Notes: generated by a model not told the origin, from the letters alone. Numbered from the stretch's first letter, positions 29,028-40,429 are shown. The stretch is 64,000 bases of DNA from Gemmatales bacterium (GCA_041640595.1 JBEPZY010000004.1:1-64000); one strand, 5' to 3'. Program-made: numbers and translations.

Positions 29028-30176
29028 ATGGCGACGGAGACGGTGATGCCCTTGCGACCGGGGCTGGAAGGCGTGCCGGTTGCGGAATCCGCGATTAGCT
29101 TCATTGACGGCAAACGAGCCCGCCTGAGCTATCGCGGTTATGCGGTGGAAGAGTTAGCCCGCAAAAGCTGTTACGAGGAAGTGGCCTGGCTGTTGCTCAA
29201 GGGAGAATTGCCTACCCAGCGGGAGCTGGCCGAGTTTGACCGACAACTTCGCAGCCATCGCCGGCTCAAATACAAACTCCGCGACCTGATCAAATGCCTG
29301 CCGGAGACCGGCCATCCGATGGGAGCGTTGCAGGCGGCAGTGGCAGCTCTGGGCATGTTTTATCCCGCCCGCGATGTGTCCAATCCGCAAACCAACTGGG
29401 AATCGGTGGTGCGGATCATCGCCAAGATGCCGACCATTGTCGCCGCCTACCACCGTCTGCGTAACGGCGATGACGACCTGCCGCCGCGCGACGATCTCGA
29501 CCATGCCGCCAATTTTTATTGGATGCTCTTTGAGCGGGAACCTTCGCCAGCCATTCGCAAGGTTCTGGACGCCTGCCTGATTCTGCATGCCGAGCACACA
29601 ATGAACGCCAGCACTTTCGCCGGGCGTGTCGCCGCGAGTACCCTGGCCGATCCCTACACCGTGGTCAGTGCTGCCATCGGAACCCTCACCGGTCCGTTGC
29701 ACGGCGGTGCCAACGAGCAGGTCCTCGACATGCTCGAGGAAATCGGCAGCGTCGAAAACGTTCGTCCCTGGTTGCAGCAAGCCCTGGCCCAGAAACGAAA
29801 AATAATGGGATTCGGCCACCGTGTGTATAAGGTGAAAGACCCGCGTGCTACGGTGTTGCAGGAGCTGGCCGAGCATGTTTTTGTTGAAACTGGCCGGCCG
29901 AAACTCTACGACATCGCCGTCGAACTCGAACGGGCGGCTGCAGAAGTGCTCGGCCCCAAAGGGATTTACCCCAATGTGGACTTCTACTCGGGCATCATTT
30001 ACATGAGCCTGGGCATCCCCAAAGACCTGTTTACTCCCATCTTCGCTATTTCACGAGTGGCCGGGTGGTTGGCCCACTGGTTGGAACAGTTGCAAAACAA
30101 CCGCATCTTCCGCCCTGAACAAATCTATGTCGGCCCAGCCGATCGTACTTACATCCCCCTGGAAGAACGCCCCTGA
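29028..30176 (+). CDS. gltA: Citrate synthase
   Basis: GLEGV, LHAEHTMNAST, GPLHGGAN, GFGHRVY, PNVDFYSG. Confidence 0.95.
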   Translation: MATETVMPLRPGLEGVPVAESAISFIDGKRARLSYRGYAVEELARKSCYEEVAWLLLKGELPTQRELAEFDRQLRSHRRLKYKLRDLIKCLPETGHPMGALQAAVAALGMFYPARDVSNPQTNWESVVRIIAKMPTIVAAYHRLRNGDDDLPPRDDLDHAANFYWMLFEREPSPAIRKVLDACLILHAEHTMNASTFAGRVAASTLADPYTVVSAAIGTLTGPLHGGANEQVLDMLEEIGSVENVRPWLQQALAQKRKIMGFGHRVYKVKDPRATVLQELAEHVFVETGRPKLYDIAVELERAAAEVLGPKGIYPNVDFYSGIIYMSLGIPKDLFTPIFAISRVAGWLAHWLEQLQNNRIFRPEQIYVGPADRTYIPLEERP

Positions 30177-30284
30177 CGCGACGTACACCTGGCCTCTAGC
30201 GGCAGGTGCGAAAAACTGTGCACGTGCGTCCCGTTATTGAATACTGGCCGCTTGTCAAAATGAATGAGCCAGGTGCCAAAAACG

Positions 30285-30499
30285 GTGCACTTGCGTCCCC
30301 CGTGGAAGAAGATCCGGGGCGCGACCCTGTTCGCTGGCCAAAAAAGTGCGGCTGCGGGCGCTGCAGACACTTTGTGGAGTCTGGTCAGCAACCGTGCACG
30401 TGCGTCCCCCGTGGAAGAAGATCCGGGGCGCGACCCTGTTCGCTGGCCAATAAAAGTGCAGCTGTGAGCGCTGCAGACACTTTCTGGAGTCTGGTCAGC
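30285..30499. repeat. Tandem duplication with a 109-bp period (2 copies)
   Basis: gtgcac.tgcgtcccccgtggaagaagatccggggcgcgaccctg...gagtctggtcagc at 30285 and 30394. Confidence 0.9.
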
Positions 30500-30610
30500 C
30501 TCGGCTGGTTACGTGTTTGCGGGCTAACAAATTGCGAATGCCAACGCTGCCTAGCGAACGGCAACGCCCTGGCAGTAACCATCGCCTTTGTACAACCAAC
30601 TCGCTCCGTC

Positions 30611-31742
30611 CAAGAGCGGCTGGCGTGAGCCAGCCGTGCGATGGAAACCGACCGCACCGGGCAAGATTATCCAGTCCGGAAAAGTTCGTGGCGGTTGCAA
30701 ATACCTTTCCCGGTACCACGGCGGGCTGACGCCCGCCGCTCTTGTGTGCACGTGCGTTTGTACATTGCAAATGTTGCATTCTGCACGGAACGGACGTGGT
30801 GCGACCAAGAGCGGCTGGCGTGAGCCAGCCGTGGGATGAGTAGCGCGCTCGCCGGTACGAAACGCACACCGGCAAAAGCATCCGCGTCTGCGACCAAGAG
30901 CGGCTGGCGTGAGCCAGCCGTGGGATGAGCAGCGTAGTCGCGGGTATGAAACGCACACCGGCAAAAGCATCCGCGTCTGCGACCAAGAGCGGCTGGCGTA
31001 AGCCAGCCGTGGTGCGCCAACCGACCGCGCGGAGCAAAGATAATCAGTCCGCAAAAGACTGTCGCCGTTGCAACGCGTTTCTCGATACCACGGCGGGCTG
31101 ACGCCCGCCGCTCCTGGTTGTGTGTTCGCCAGTCGCCAAACATTGCTCGACTCTCGCAGCAACGCGTTCGTATCGTACCCCACGGCGGGCTGACGCCCGC
31201 CGCTCCTGCGGACGTTCGTGTGTGCATCGCATATCGCGCACTTTTCGCCGAATCTGCGTCGCGCAACAGGAGCGGCTGGCGTGAGCCAGCCGTGGGATGA
31301 GTAGCGTAATCGCGGGTATGAAACGCACACCAGCAACGGCATCCGCATTTGCGGCCAAGAGCGGCTGGCGTAAGCCAGCCGTGGGTTGGGGAACGCACTT
31401 GCAAGTGATCTGCGACAAACCGCAGACATCGTTCGACGGACCGAGCACACGGCGGGCTGACGCCCGCCGCTCCTAGTTTTGTGTTCGCCGATTGCCGAAC
31501 AGTGCTCAACTCTCGCAGCAACGCGTTCGTATCGCACACCACGGCGCGCTCACGCCCGCCGCTCTTGCGGACGTTCGTGTGTGCATTGCATATCGCGCAC
31601 TTTTCGCCGAATCTGCGTCGCGCAACAAGAGCGGCTGGCGTGAGCCAGCCGTGCGATGAGTAGCGCGCTCGCCGGTACGAAACGCACACCGGCAAAAGCA
31701 TCCGCGTTTGCAACCAAGAGCGGCTGGCGTGAGCCAGCCGTG
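30611..31742. repeat. REP/BIME-like array 2 (about 13 hairpins)
   Basis: Same hairpin family as 6289-8400 in the opposite overall polarity. Confidence 0.92.
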
Positions 31743-32045
31743 GATGGACACTGGCGACGTTGCAGAGCGACGTTGCAGGGTCAGTGGCTCCTTTATCCGC
31801 GGACGATACTCGAGGATGATTGCAGTTGTCGAAGAACTAAAAGCGATCGGGTGGCTTCGCCATCCCCGGACAGTATTTGAGGCGACATTTCCGGTACTCA
31901 GCATCGCAGGCCGACGACCGAGCGGTTCGGTTGAAAGGGTGGGTTCGGATCGCTATGCTGGTAGATGATTGCCGCAATCAATCGCTGATGGTCATCGCCA
32001 ATTCCTGCGCTGGCGGATGCGACTTGGATCTGGGGAGGAGCGATT

Positions 32046-32954
32046 ATGCAACTGGGATTTGTCAGTGCCATCCTGCCGGACTGTTCGCTGGAAGAAGTCC
32101 TGAAGATTGCCCGCGACGAAGGGTTCGGTTGTGTCGAACTCATGTGCTGGCCAGTCGGCAAAGCGGAACGGCGTTATGCTGGAGTTACGCACATTGACGT
32201 TACTCGCCTGGATGATGGCGAAGTCCAGCGCATTCGGGAACTGCTCGAGCGCTACCGTGTTGGCATTTCCGGGCTGGGTTATTACCCGAACCCGCTCGAT
32301 CCGGATGGCGAACATCGTCGCCGCGTCGTCGAACATTTGAAGCAGGTAATCACAGCGGCGGCGAAGCTGGGCGTGGGTGTGGTCAACACGTTTATCGGTC
32401 GGGATTGGCGGTTGAGCATTGAGGACAACTGGCCGAGGTTGCGCGAGGTTTGGCCCGACATTATAGCACACGCGGAGAAACAGGGCGTGCGCATCGGCAT
32501 CGAAAACTGCCCGATGTTATTTACGCTGGACGAATGGCCGGCAGGGAAAAACCTGGCGATGTGCCCGGCCGTGTGGCGACGGTTGTTCGCCGAGTTTCCG
32601 ACGCCGTACCTCGGCCTGAATCTCGATCCGTCGCATCTGGTCTGGTTGATGATTGACCCGGTGCCGTGCATTCACGAATTTGGCTCGCGGCTGGTGCATA
32701 TTCACGCCAAAGACGCCCGGCTGGATCGGGATAAGCTGCAAGACGTCGGTGTGCTCGGTTTGGGCTGGCACACGCCGAAATTGCCGGGTTTAGGAGATGT
32801 GCGCTGGGGAGCGTTCTTCGCAGCTTTGAACGACGTGCGTTATAACGGCCCGGTGTGCATCGAGGTGGAAGATCGCGCCTTTGAAGCCACGCTGACCGAT
32901 CGCATCCGCGCTTTACGCCAGAGCCGACGGTTTCTGGAACAATTCGTTTCCTAG
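32046..32954 (+). CDS. Sugar phosphate isomerase/epimerase (xylose isomerase-like TIM barrel)
   Basis: GIENCP, LNLDPSH, HIHAKD, CIEVED. Confidence 0.9.
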   Translation: MQLGFVSAILPDCSLEEVLKIARDEGFGCVELMCWPVGKAERRYAGVTHIDVTRLDDGEVQRIRELLERYRVGISGLGYYPNPLDPDGEHRRRVVEHLKQVITAAAKLGVGVVNTFIGRDWRLSIEDNWPRLREVWPDIIAHAEKQGVRIGIENCPMLFTLDEWPAGKNLAMCPAVWRRLFAEFPTPYLGLNLDPSHLVWLMIDPVPCIHEFGSRLVHIHAKDARLDRDKLQDVGVLGLGWHTPKLPGLGDVRWGAFFAALNDVRYNGPVCIEVEDRAFEATLTDRIRALRQSRRFLEQFVS

Positions 32955-33138
32955 CGGCCGGATTTCCTTTGCCGGGGAAATCAGCCCACGGGTCGAAAAA
33001 ACGGTCTCGGCAAGCTCGGTCTGAGTGGTGGTGGCTAGGTTGTGCCGCGAACGGTGCTACAATTTGGCCAGAACGTCCAGGTTTTCACTGGGATGCCCCA
33101 TCTGAACGAACCGAATCCCTGCGAGGATACTTGCGAAG

Positions 33139-34440
33139 ATGGAAGCGCTAGGTATCGCCATGCTGGGTTGCGGCACCGTAGGCAGCGGTGTGGCCCAGCT
33201 TTTGCTCGAGCAGCAGGAACGCTTGTTCCGACGCGCCGGCCGACCGCTGGTGCTGCGGCGAGTACTGGTACGCCAGCCTGACAAACCGCGACCGGTTTTC
33301 CTGCCGCCGCAGTTGATTACCACGGAATTTGCCGACATTTTGAACGATCCGGAGATTCGGGTGGTGATCGAACTGATGGGCGGCCTGGAACCAGCGCGGC
33401 AGTATATCGTGCGAGCATTGCAGGCAGGCAAGGACGTGATCACCGCCAACAAAGCGGTCCTGGCGTATCACGGCGAAGAGATTTTCGAGACGGCCCGACG
33501 CCACGGACGCGCGGTAGCGTTTGAAGCCAGTGTCGGGGCTGGAATTCCCATTATTGCCGCACTTGCGGAAGAACTTGCCGCCAATCAAATCCTGAGCATC
33601 CAGGCTATCCTCAACGGCACGAGCAACTTTATTCTCACGCAGATGGTGGAAAACGGGGTCAGCTACGAACAGGCACTGGCGGAGGCTCAGCGACGCGGTT
33701 ATGCCGAAGCTGATCCGACCCTCGACGTCAGCGGCGCAGATGCCGCTCACAAGTTGGCGATTCTGGCTCGTCTGGCCTTCGGACCCGGTCCTGGCGTGCA
33801 TGACATCTATTGCCGGGGCATTGACGGGTTGCAGCTGGCCGACCTCCGCTTCGCTCAGGAACTCGGCTATACCATCAAACTCCTTGCGGAAGCCTGGTTG
33901 CAGGACGGGCAGGTGGCACTGCATGTGGAGCCGACCTTGATTCATCACCTGGCCCCGCTGGCCCAGGTGCGAGGCGTGTACAACGCCATTCTGGTTCGCG
34001 GCGATGTGGTCGGGCAAACGCTGTACGCTGGGCGTGGTGCCGGGCAGATGCCCACCGCCAGCGCTGTCCTCGCGGATTTGATTGACCTGGCCATCGGGCG
34101 GGCTCAACTGACGTTTCGCTCCCTGCGTCTGTGGGAGAACCATCAGCGTTTGCCGCTGCGACCCCCGGAAGCGATCCGCAGCCGTTTTTACCTTCGCATC
34201 ACAGTCGAGGATCGGCCCGGCGTGATCGGCGAGGTGGCGACGATTCTCGGCAAACACCAGGTCAGCATTGCCTCCGTCATTCAACATGAGGCGCTGGACG
34301 AACATGCCGGATTGGCGGTGCCTGTGGTGATCATGACCCACACCACGAACCTTTCCGCATTCCGTGCTGCTGTCGAACAAATTGATCGTCTGCGCTGTGT
34401 CGCCGCTCCCAGCGTGTATTACCCCGTTGCCGATGCCTGA
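33139..34440 (+). CDS. hom: Homoserine dehydrogenase with ACT domain
   Basis: GCGTVG, VITANK, FEASVGAGIP, GYAEADPTLD, C-terminal ACT (DRPGVI). Confidence 0.96.
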   Translation: MEALGIAMLGCGTVGSGVAQLLLEQQERLFRRAGRPLVLRRVLVRQPDKPRPVFLPPQLITTEFADILNDPEIRVVIELMGGLEPARQYIVRALQAGKDVITANKAVLAYHGEEIFETARRHGRAVAFEASVGAGIPIIAALAEELAANQILSIQAILNGTSNFILTQMVENGVSYEQALAEAQRRGYAEADPTLDVSGADAAHKLAILARLAFGPGPGVHDIYCRGIDGLQLADLRFAQELGYTIKLLAEAWLQDGQVALHVEPTLIHHLAPLAQVRGVYNAILVRGDVVGQTLYAGRGAGQMPTASAVLADLIDLAIGRAQLTFRSLRLWENHQRLPLRPPEAIRSRFYLRITVEDRPGVIGEVATILGKHQVSIASVIQHEALDEHAGLAVPVVIMTHTTNLSAFRAAVEQIDRLRCVAAPSVYYPVADA

Positions 34441-34621
34441 ACCCTGCCGTGATTGTGGTACCGCAATGGCAGCGGGGTCTCCGGAAGAACGTCGGCAGCA
34501 CAGGTCGACTCGAGGAGCGAAAAAGCAGCTTCCCCGCAATGGCAACGGGGGTCTCTGGCAGAACATCGGCAGTCTCCGGCGCCTTTGCTTAACCGACCCG
34601 GCAAGTGCGTTTTCCGAATCG

Positions 34622-35294
34622 CACGGCGGACTGACGCCCGCCGCTCTTGTGCACATGCGTTTGTACATCCCAAATGTCGTATTCTGCGCCGAACGGACGT
34701 GGTGCAATTAAGAGCGGCTGGCGTAAGCCAGCCGTGATGTGGGGAACGCACTTGCAAGTGATCTGCGAGAAATCGCGGACATCATTCGACCGACCAAACA
34801 CACGGCGGGCTGACGCCCGCCGCTCTTGTTCGTCAGTCGCATCGTCGTCGAATGGTGGGCGATTTTCGCCGCACTGCGTTCGGTTTACCGACCACGGCGG
34901 GCTGACGCCCGCCGCTCTTGTGGGCATGCGTATGTACATCGCAAAAATCGGTTTTTCGTCGGCGGACATTCGCACGGCAACAGAAGAGCGGGGGGCGTAA
35001 GCCCCCCGTGGGGTGCATTCGATGCGAACGCGAAACGCGGAAATTCGTCTCATTGCAATTGCAGACGCGGGTTTACAAACACCACGCCGGGCTAACGCCC
35101 GCCGCTCTTGTTCGTCCGTCGCATCGTCGTCGAATGGTGGGCGATTTTCGCCGCACCGCGTTCGGTTTACCGACCACAGCGGGCTGACGCCCGCCGCTCT
35201 TGTTCGTCCGTCGCATCGTCGTTGAATGGTGGGCGATTTTCGTCGCACCGCGTTCGGTTTACCGACCACGGCGGGCTCACGCCCGCCGCTCCTG
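34622..35294. repeat. REP/BIME-like array 3 (about 8 hairpins)
   Basis: Same hairpin family; shares linkers with array 2. Confidence 0.92.
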
Positions 35295-35658
35295 GTTGTT
35301 CCGGCGTGTTGCTCTCGCGATTGATTGCGTGCTAAACTTCCTACACGAGCCTGCGGCCACCGGTAAGGCTTTCCGATTCTCCGGAAACACTCAAAAAGCA
35401 ACGGGAAGCAAGCACCAACCGATAGGACTGACCCAGCCTTCAGACATATTACAAAAACGACGTCATTCGTGGCCGCAATTGCTGGAGCCACCGACTTTCC
35501 CGACCTCCAAAAATACAAAAACGCACGCACTTGGCTCGGAGTGCGGCTTACCCGCCAGCGCTCGTGTGTCGGTGAACGCTCGATTAGCGGCAATGGTCGA
35601 ATCGCCACGATAGCCTCACGGTCTCGAGTTACGGCAACCGTGTCGGGGAGATGACACC

Positions 35659-36135
35659 ATGACCTTTCGCGACGGTGAAATTGACGGCGTCCTGTGTTAC
35701 CCGCTGAAACGTTACGAGGATGCTCGCGGCTGGCTGGTGGAATTGTTTCGCTACGATGAAATTCCACCGGTCAATTATCCGCAGATGGCCTACGTTTCCA
35801 TGACCTTGCCCGGCGTAGTGCGGGGCCCGCACGAACATCGCTTTCAATACGATTTGTTCTGCTTTCTCGGTCCGTCGGATTTTCGCCTGTATCTGTGGGA
35901 CAACCGCGAAATTTCACCTACCTATCGAGTGCGGCAGGTGCTGGTGGTGGGAGAAAGCCGACCGATGGCGGTGATTGTTCCGCCGGGCGTCGTGCATGCC
36001 TATCGCAACATCGGCAGTGTGCCGGGTTGGGTGTTCAACGCACCGAACCAGCTTTACGCCGGGTGGAAACGCTCTCAGACCGTGGATGAGATTCGCCACG
36101 AAAACCGTCCCGACTCACCTTTCCGCGTGGACTGA
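35659..36135 (+). CDS. dTDP-4-dehydrorhamnose 3,5-epimerase family (RmlC-like cupin)
   Basis: DARGWLVELF, GVVRGPHEH, VPPGVVHAY. Confidence 0.88.
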   Translation: MTFRDGEIDGVLCYPLKRYEDARGWLVELFRYDEIPPVNYPQMAYVSMTLPGVVRGPHEHRFQYDLFCFLGPSDFRLYLWDNREISPTYRVRQVLVVGESRPMAVIVPPGVVHAYRNIGSVPGWVFNAPNQLYAGWKRSQTVDEIRHENRPDSPFRVD

Positions 36136-36308
36136 GGCAGTGCGTCTGGCTCGCGGCATCACCCGCGTGAGTTTCCACCGGAGGCGAAGCAGTGGTTCTG
36201 CTGTTTCCCTGCGATGCAGATAAACCGCATTGACAGAAGCAGCGGGCGTTCTTATATGCCACGTCCGCTTCAGCCAACGACCCTGCCAGCGCTATTCGGG
36301 AAACCGCC

Positions 36309-36665
36309 ATGACTGATGCCGACACCACCGTTCAACAGCTTCGCGAAGCCATGCAGCAGTTCGTCGCCGAACGCCAGTGGGAACGCTACCACGCTCCAAA
36401 AAACCTCGTCATGGGTCTGGCAATCGAAACCGCCGAACTCATGGAGCATTTCCTCTGGCTGGATGTCGAGGAATCGCGGCAACGGGGGAACGATCCTCGA
36501 TACCGTGAAGCCATCGCTGACGAACTGGCGGATGTCTGCTGCTACGTGCTGGCCCTGGCCAACGCACTCCAGCTCGACCTGAGCGCAGCCGTGGAGGCGA
36601 AACTGGAGAAAAACGCTCGTAAATATCCGGTCGAACGCTACCGGGGTCGCTTCGAGCCGGATTAG
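36309..36665 (+). CDS. MazG-like nucleotide pyrophosphohydrolase (dCTPase-like)
   Basis: ERQWERYHAPKNL, ELMEHF, DELADV, KNARKYP. Confidence 0.92.
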   Translation: MTDADTTVQQLREAMQQFVAERQWERYHAPKNLVMGLAIETAELMEHFLWLDVEESRQRGNDPRYREAIADELADVCCYVLALANALQLDLSAAVEAKLEKNARKYPVERYRGRFEPD

Positions 36666-36770
36666 ACACGCCTACGGGTGCGGGGAGACCTCCGCCTTTT
36701 CGGGGTCGGGAAAGATGGGGCTGGCCTCGACGATTCCTGTCGGGCCGATTTCAAACGGGGGAAGCTGCCC

Positions 36771-37280
36771 ATGAAACGGGCCTCCATTCGGGGTCAATCG
36801 CTCGCCGTCCAGATTCGCTGGATGATCAAACGCGATATGCCGGAAGTTCTCGCCATCGAGCAAGCCAGTTTTGACATTCCCTGGACCGAAGAAGATTTCC
36901 TCAACGCCCTGCGACAGCGCAACTGTATCGGTATGGTAGCAGAAAGTAATGACTGCCTGGTTGGCTTCGTTATTTATGAGCTACAAAAGCACCAGTTCAT
37001 GTTGCTCAACCTGGCGGTGCATCCACAATATCGCCGTCGCGGAGTCGGTCGGCAATTGGTGGAGCGGCTGATCAGCAAACTATCCCAACACCGCCGCGAC
37101 AAAATCACTCTGGAGGTGCGGGAACGCAATTTAACGGCACAGTTGTTTTTCAAGGCCCTGGGTTTCCAGGCGGTGCGGGTGCTGCGCGAATACTACCCCG
37201 ACACTGGCGAAGACGCTTATGTCATGCAATACCGCCTGTCCGATGCCCAACAACTCAGTTGCCGACGCCAGGCCGCCTGA
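36771..37280 (+). CDS. rimI: Ribosomal protein S18 alanine N-acetyltransferase
   Basis: IEQASFDIPW, NLAVHPQYRRRGVG, LEVRERN, YYPDTGEDA. Confidence 0.9.
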   Translation: MKRASIRGQSLAVQIRWMIKRDMPEVLAIEQASFDIPWTEEDFLNALRQRNCIGMVAESNDCLVGFVIYELQKHQFMLLNLAVHPQYRRRGVGRQLVERLISKLSQHRRDKITLEVRERNLTAQLFFKALGFQAVRVLREYYPDTGEDAYVMQYRLSDAQQLSCRRQAA

Positions 37281-37463
37281 TCGGTTCCGCGGCCACTAAC
37301 TCGAACAACACGGGTGCACACGTTGGCCTTCCCGGAATGGCAGAAGCTGAGCCGGCCGGTTCGAACATGGCTATCCGCCGGGGCAAAGAAAAAACCAGGG
37401 GCGACCGGAAAAGTCGCCCCTGGCAGTCAGCACTCAGACCCGATGCCGGATAGTGTCGGCGGA

Positions 37464-38561
37464 TTACCACCTGAATTCGATACCCACCGACGGGCCGTGA
37501 TAGATGATGTCGCCGTTGTCCTTGAGGTTGGTGCGAGCGTTGAGCGGCAGCGGGCTGTTGTCGAGGTTTTCCGGAGCCAGCGCCAGGCCGGCCACGTAAA
37601 TCAGGTCGTAACCGCCACGCACGGCAATATTCGGCGTGACCCAGTAGGTGATGTAGGCACCGATTTCGATCAGACCGGCCAAGCGGTTGTCATCTTCATC
37701 CGTGATGGCGTCGGTAATCGGGCCACCGCCGGTCGGATTGTTGAAGAAGCGGCTGGACTGCTTCGCCGAGTTGATGAACAAACCGCTCTTGCCACGCACG
37801 CCCACCAGCAGATTGTTCCAGAACACTGGATAGGAAGCATCGGCACCGACTTGCAGACCGAGCAGGTGGTTCTTGGTGTTGACCTGGTACAGGCCGAATC
37901 CCGGGCCGAATGGCACAGTGGTGTTATCATCGAGCGAGTAGAAGCCGAATTTATCGCGGATATAGACGTAGCGGAAACCGACCAGGGTAGAGAGGTAGGG
38001 GTTGTACCAGTGGCGGAGATTCAATTCGATGTTGTGTAATCGCGATTCGTACACGAAGCCGTGCTCGAAAGCGTCGGTGAATGAAGTGTCATCCAGCCCG
38101 CCGACGACACCGAACTGGCCCCAGTACGGCTGCAGTGTCTCGTTGGCATCCTGAACGCGGGCTGCCTTGCGCCAATCCTGCATGCCAAAATAGACAGCTT
38201 CTATGCCGGTATCGCGATCGAGCATCATGCCCACGAGGAACCGCCCGCCGATTTCATGGTCAAATTCGCCAGCATCGCTGGAGAGCACAAAAACGGGCAC
38301 GTCGTTGAAGGTAAGGTTCTCGCGACGGGAGTCGGTGCGCCGTAACCACAAAGCCTCCGCACTGCCATACAACCAGCTGCAGCCGTGGTCACCGCACTGA
38401 TGCCAGTTATCGGGCACGCCCTGCAAGTGATGCTGGCTCAGTAGCTGCGGTTGTGCCGGTTGCGGTGCGGGTGGTTTGAGCGGATCCGCCGCCCACACGC
38501 CGCTCCCCGCCAGGACTACCGTCGCGCTGGCTAACGCCGCCTTGACTTTTTTCCACATCAT
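37464..38561 (-). CDS. Outer-membrane beta-barrel protein (BBP7-like)
   Basis: Signal peptide, amphipathic strands, C-terminal HGPSVGIEFRW; GGAGG RBS. Confidence 0.8.
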   Translation of the reverse strand: MMWKKVKAALASATVVLAGSGVWAADPLKPPAPQPAQPQLLSQHHLQGVPDNWHQCGDHGCSWLYGSAEALWLRRTDSRRENLTFNDVPVFVLSSDAGEFDHEIGGRFLVGMMLDRDTGIEAVYFGMQDWRKAARVQDANETLQPYWGQFGVVGGLDDTSFTDAFEHGFVYESRLHNIELNLRHWYNPYLSTLVGFRYVYIRDKFGFYSLDDNTTVPFGPGFGLYQVNTKNHLLGLQVGADASYPVFWNNLLVGVRGKSGLFINSAKQSSRFFNNPTGGGPITDAITDEDDNRLAGLIEIGAYITYWVTPNIAVRGGYDLIYVAGLALAPENLDNSPLPLNARTNLKDNGDIIYHGPSVGIEFRW

Positions 38562-38772
38562 ACTTGACCTCCTGCACTCCTTTGTGACTGAAGGGGTCTC
38601 CCCTGGATGGCCCCTGTCCTTGCGCCTGGTAAGACCATTTCGCACTGGTCAATAAAAACCATCGGCTAAACGGTGGGGCAGACGCTTTGCATTTGGAATA
38701 AAAACCGTAAATCGCTTACACCTGGGATCGGCGCAACCGGCACACTTTAACAAACTTAGCGGAAGGCGGGAA

Positions 38773-39501
38773 TTAACTCTCAGTGCGTTTCGGGGCAGGT
38801 GTGTGGCTGACCGGCTTGGAGTTGCACGGCGAACTGCGCTGGCGACTCCGTAACTCTGCCTGTTGCCGACGCCACTGGGCAATTTTCTGGTGGTTACCGC
38901 TGAGCAGGATTTCGGGCACAGCCAGACCGCGAAACACGCGCGGGCGGGTGTACTGGGGATATTCCACCAGGCCCGGTTCGGCGTGAGATTCCTCCAGAAC
39001 GCTTTGCGACTTGCCCAGCACACCAGGCACCAGTCGGATCACCGTATCAATGATCACCATGGCCGGGACCTCGCCGCCATTGCAAACATAATCCCCGATG
39101 GAAATTTCCTGCGGCTGAAGCAGTAAGCGGATCCGTTCGTCGAAACCTTCATAGCGGCCACACAGCAGCATCAAACGGCGATGACGGGCCAGTTCTTGTA
39201 CCAGAGGCTGGGTCAGACGCTCTCCGGCCGGGGTCAGCATGACAATATGAGCAGGAGATTCGGCCTGGGCTTGAACTGCCTCGACTGCGGCGATCACCGG
39301 TTCGCACATCAGCACCATGCCCGGTCCGCCTCCGTAAGGGCGATCATCTACGTTTTTCCGCTTGCCTTTGGCCCAATCGCGGAAATTCCAGAGATGAACT
39401 TCCACCAGCCCGCGATCAATCGCGTGTCGCAGGATGCTCTGGCTCAGGTAGCCGGTGAATATCTCCGGAAACAAAGTCAGCACGTCAAAGCGAATCGGCA
39501 T
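38773..39501 (-). CDS. trmD: tRNA (guanine37-N1)-methyltransferase
   Basis: FDVLTLFPE, DDRPYGGGPGM, CGRYEGFDER, SIGDYV, YPQYTRP. Confidence 0.97.
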   Translation of the reverse strand: MPIRFDVLTLFPEIFTGYLSQSILRHAIDRGLVEVHLWNFRDWAKGKRKNVDDRPYGGGPGMVLMCEPVIAAVEAVQAQAESPAHIVMLTPAGERLTQPLVQELARHRRLMLLCGRYEGFDERIRLLLQPQEISIGDYVCNGGEVPAMVIIDTVIRLVPGVLGKSQSVLEESHAEPGLVEYPQYTRPRVFRGLAVPEILLSGNHQKIAQWRRQQAELRSRQRSSPCNSKPVSHTPAPKRTES

Positions 39502-39700
39502 GCGTTTCCTTTGCGGCAAAATTGACTTGGTTACATGCGGTTCTGACTGTGCGGTTCGGCCAGCAGGTTATTCCCGGCGATGCTGTTTCCCAGCCAGCAC
39601 CGCGGCGCTAACTGCTGCCCGGCTAACCTATTTTACTTTCGCCTGTAAACCTGTAACAATTCATTCAAGTTACACCGCCGACCTGACCGATACAACCGAT

Positions 39701-40429
39701 ATGCTTGCGTGCGCCCGCATAATCGGCAGTCTAAGCGTTGGCCTGGGAATGCTTCTATGCTGCGCCGGTTGTGCTCTGAGCGAAGCTCAGCGGGTGCGTA
39801 GCGAATTGCTGACTGCCCACTCTATAGGCACTGCCAGCGAGGACCCGCCAGGGGAGTATCAACTCGGCTGCGGCGACGTTGTCCTGGTGCGGTTCGCCCA
39901 GCAACCTGCCTGGAACGGTGCGTATCGAATACTGCCACATGGTTGTGCGGTGCTACCGGAAATTGGCGCCGTGCAACTGGCCGGATTAACCACCGGTCAG
40001 GCCGCCGAACATCTTCATACCCTTGTCGGCCCAAAAGCCGGGCCGGTATCTGTCGAAGTGCTCACTTTCGATAGCCAGGTTGTCTATGTAGTCGGCGAGG
40101 TTCAGGGAGGTAGCCGGGCTCTTCCTTATAAGGGGCCGGAGACCGTCGTCGAGCTTCTCCAGCGTGCCGGTGGCTTGACCGAAAACGCCGACCCGACCAG
40201 CATTCGCATCTATCGTCGATTTCCCCGCTCGAACGAGGAAGAAGTGCTCCAGGTCAACCTGCACACCATCCTTCTGCAAAAAGACTGGCGACACAACTAC
40301 TATATCCAACCGTTTGACCGCGTGGTTGTGCCACGCAACCAGTGGGCTCGTTTTTGCGATTGCCTGCCAGGGTTCTGGAGGCGTTTAGTTATGCGTCAAA
40401 AAGGTAACGGAGCAAATTCGATTCCATAA
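39701..40429 (+). CDS. Polysaccharide export (Poly_export/SLBB) family lipoprotein
   Basis: Lipobox-like CAGC, YQLGCGD, VYVVGEV, RAGGLT. Confidence 0.8.
   Translation: MLACARIIGSLSVGLGMLLCCAGCALSEAQRVRSELLTAHSIGTASEDPPGEYQLGCGDVVLVRFAQQPAWNGAYRILPHGCAVLPEIGAVQLAGLTTGQAAEHLHTLVGPKAGPVSVEVLTFDSQVVYVVGEVQGGSRALPYKGPETVVELLQRAGGLTENADPTSIRIYRRFPRSNEEEVLQVNLHTILLQKDWRHNYYIQPFDRVVVPRNQWARFCDCLPGFWRRLVMRQKGNGANSIP

Noticed and set aside
30495..31904. Long ORFs across the REP arrays (HGWLTPAA, TAGSRQPLL, SGGRQPAV motifs), also at 5910-8413 and 34589-35767
   Set aside because: These are translations of the DNA palindrome, open in many frames on both strands.
32955..33138. Amino-acid leader peptide upstream of hom
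   Set aside because: No short Thr/Met/Ile-rich ORF was seen.
33148..34707. 519-aa minus-strand ORF and similar long antisense ORFs (43372-44730, 54706-55716, 59117-60148)
   Set aside because: They are antisense to clear genes, a common artefact in GC-rich DNA.
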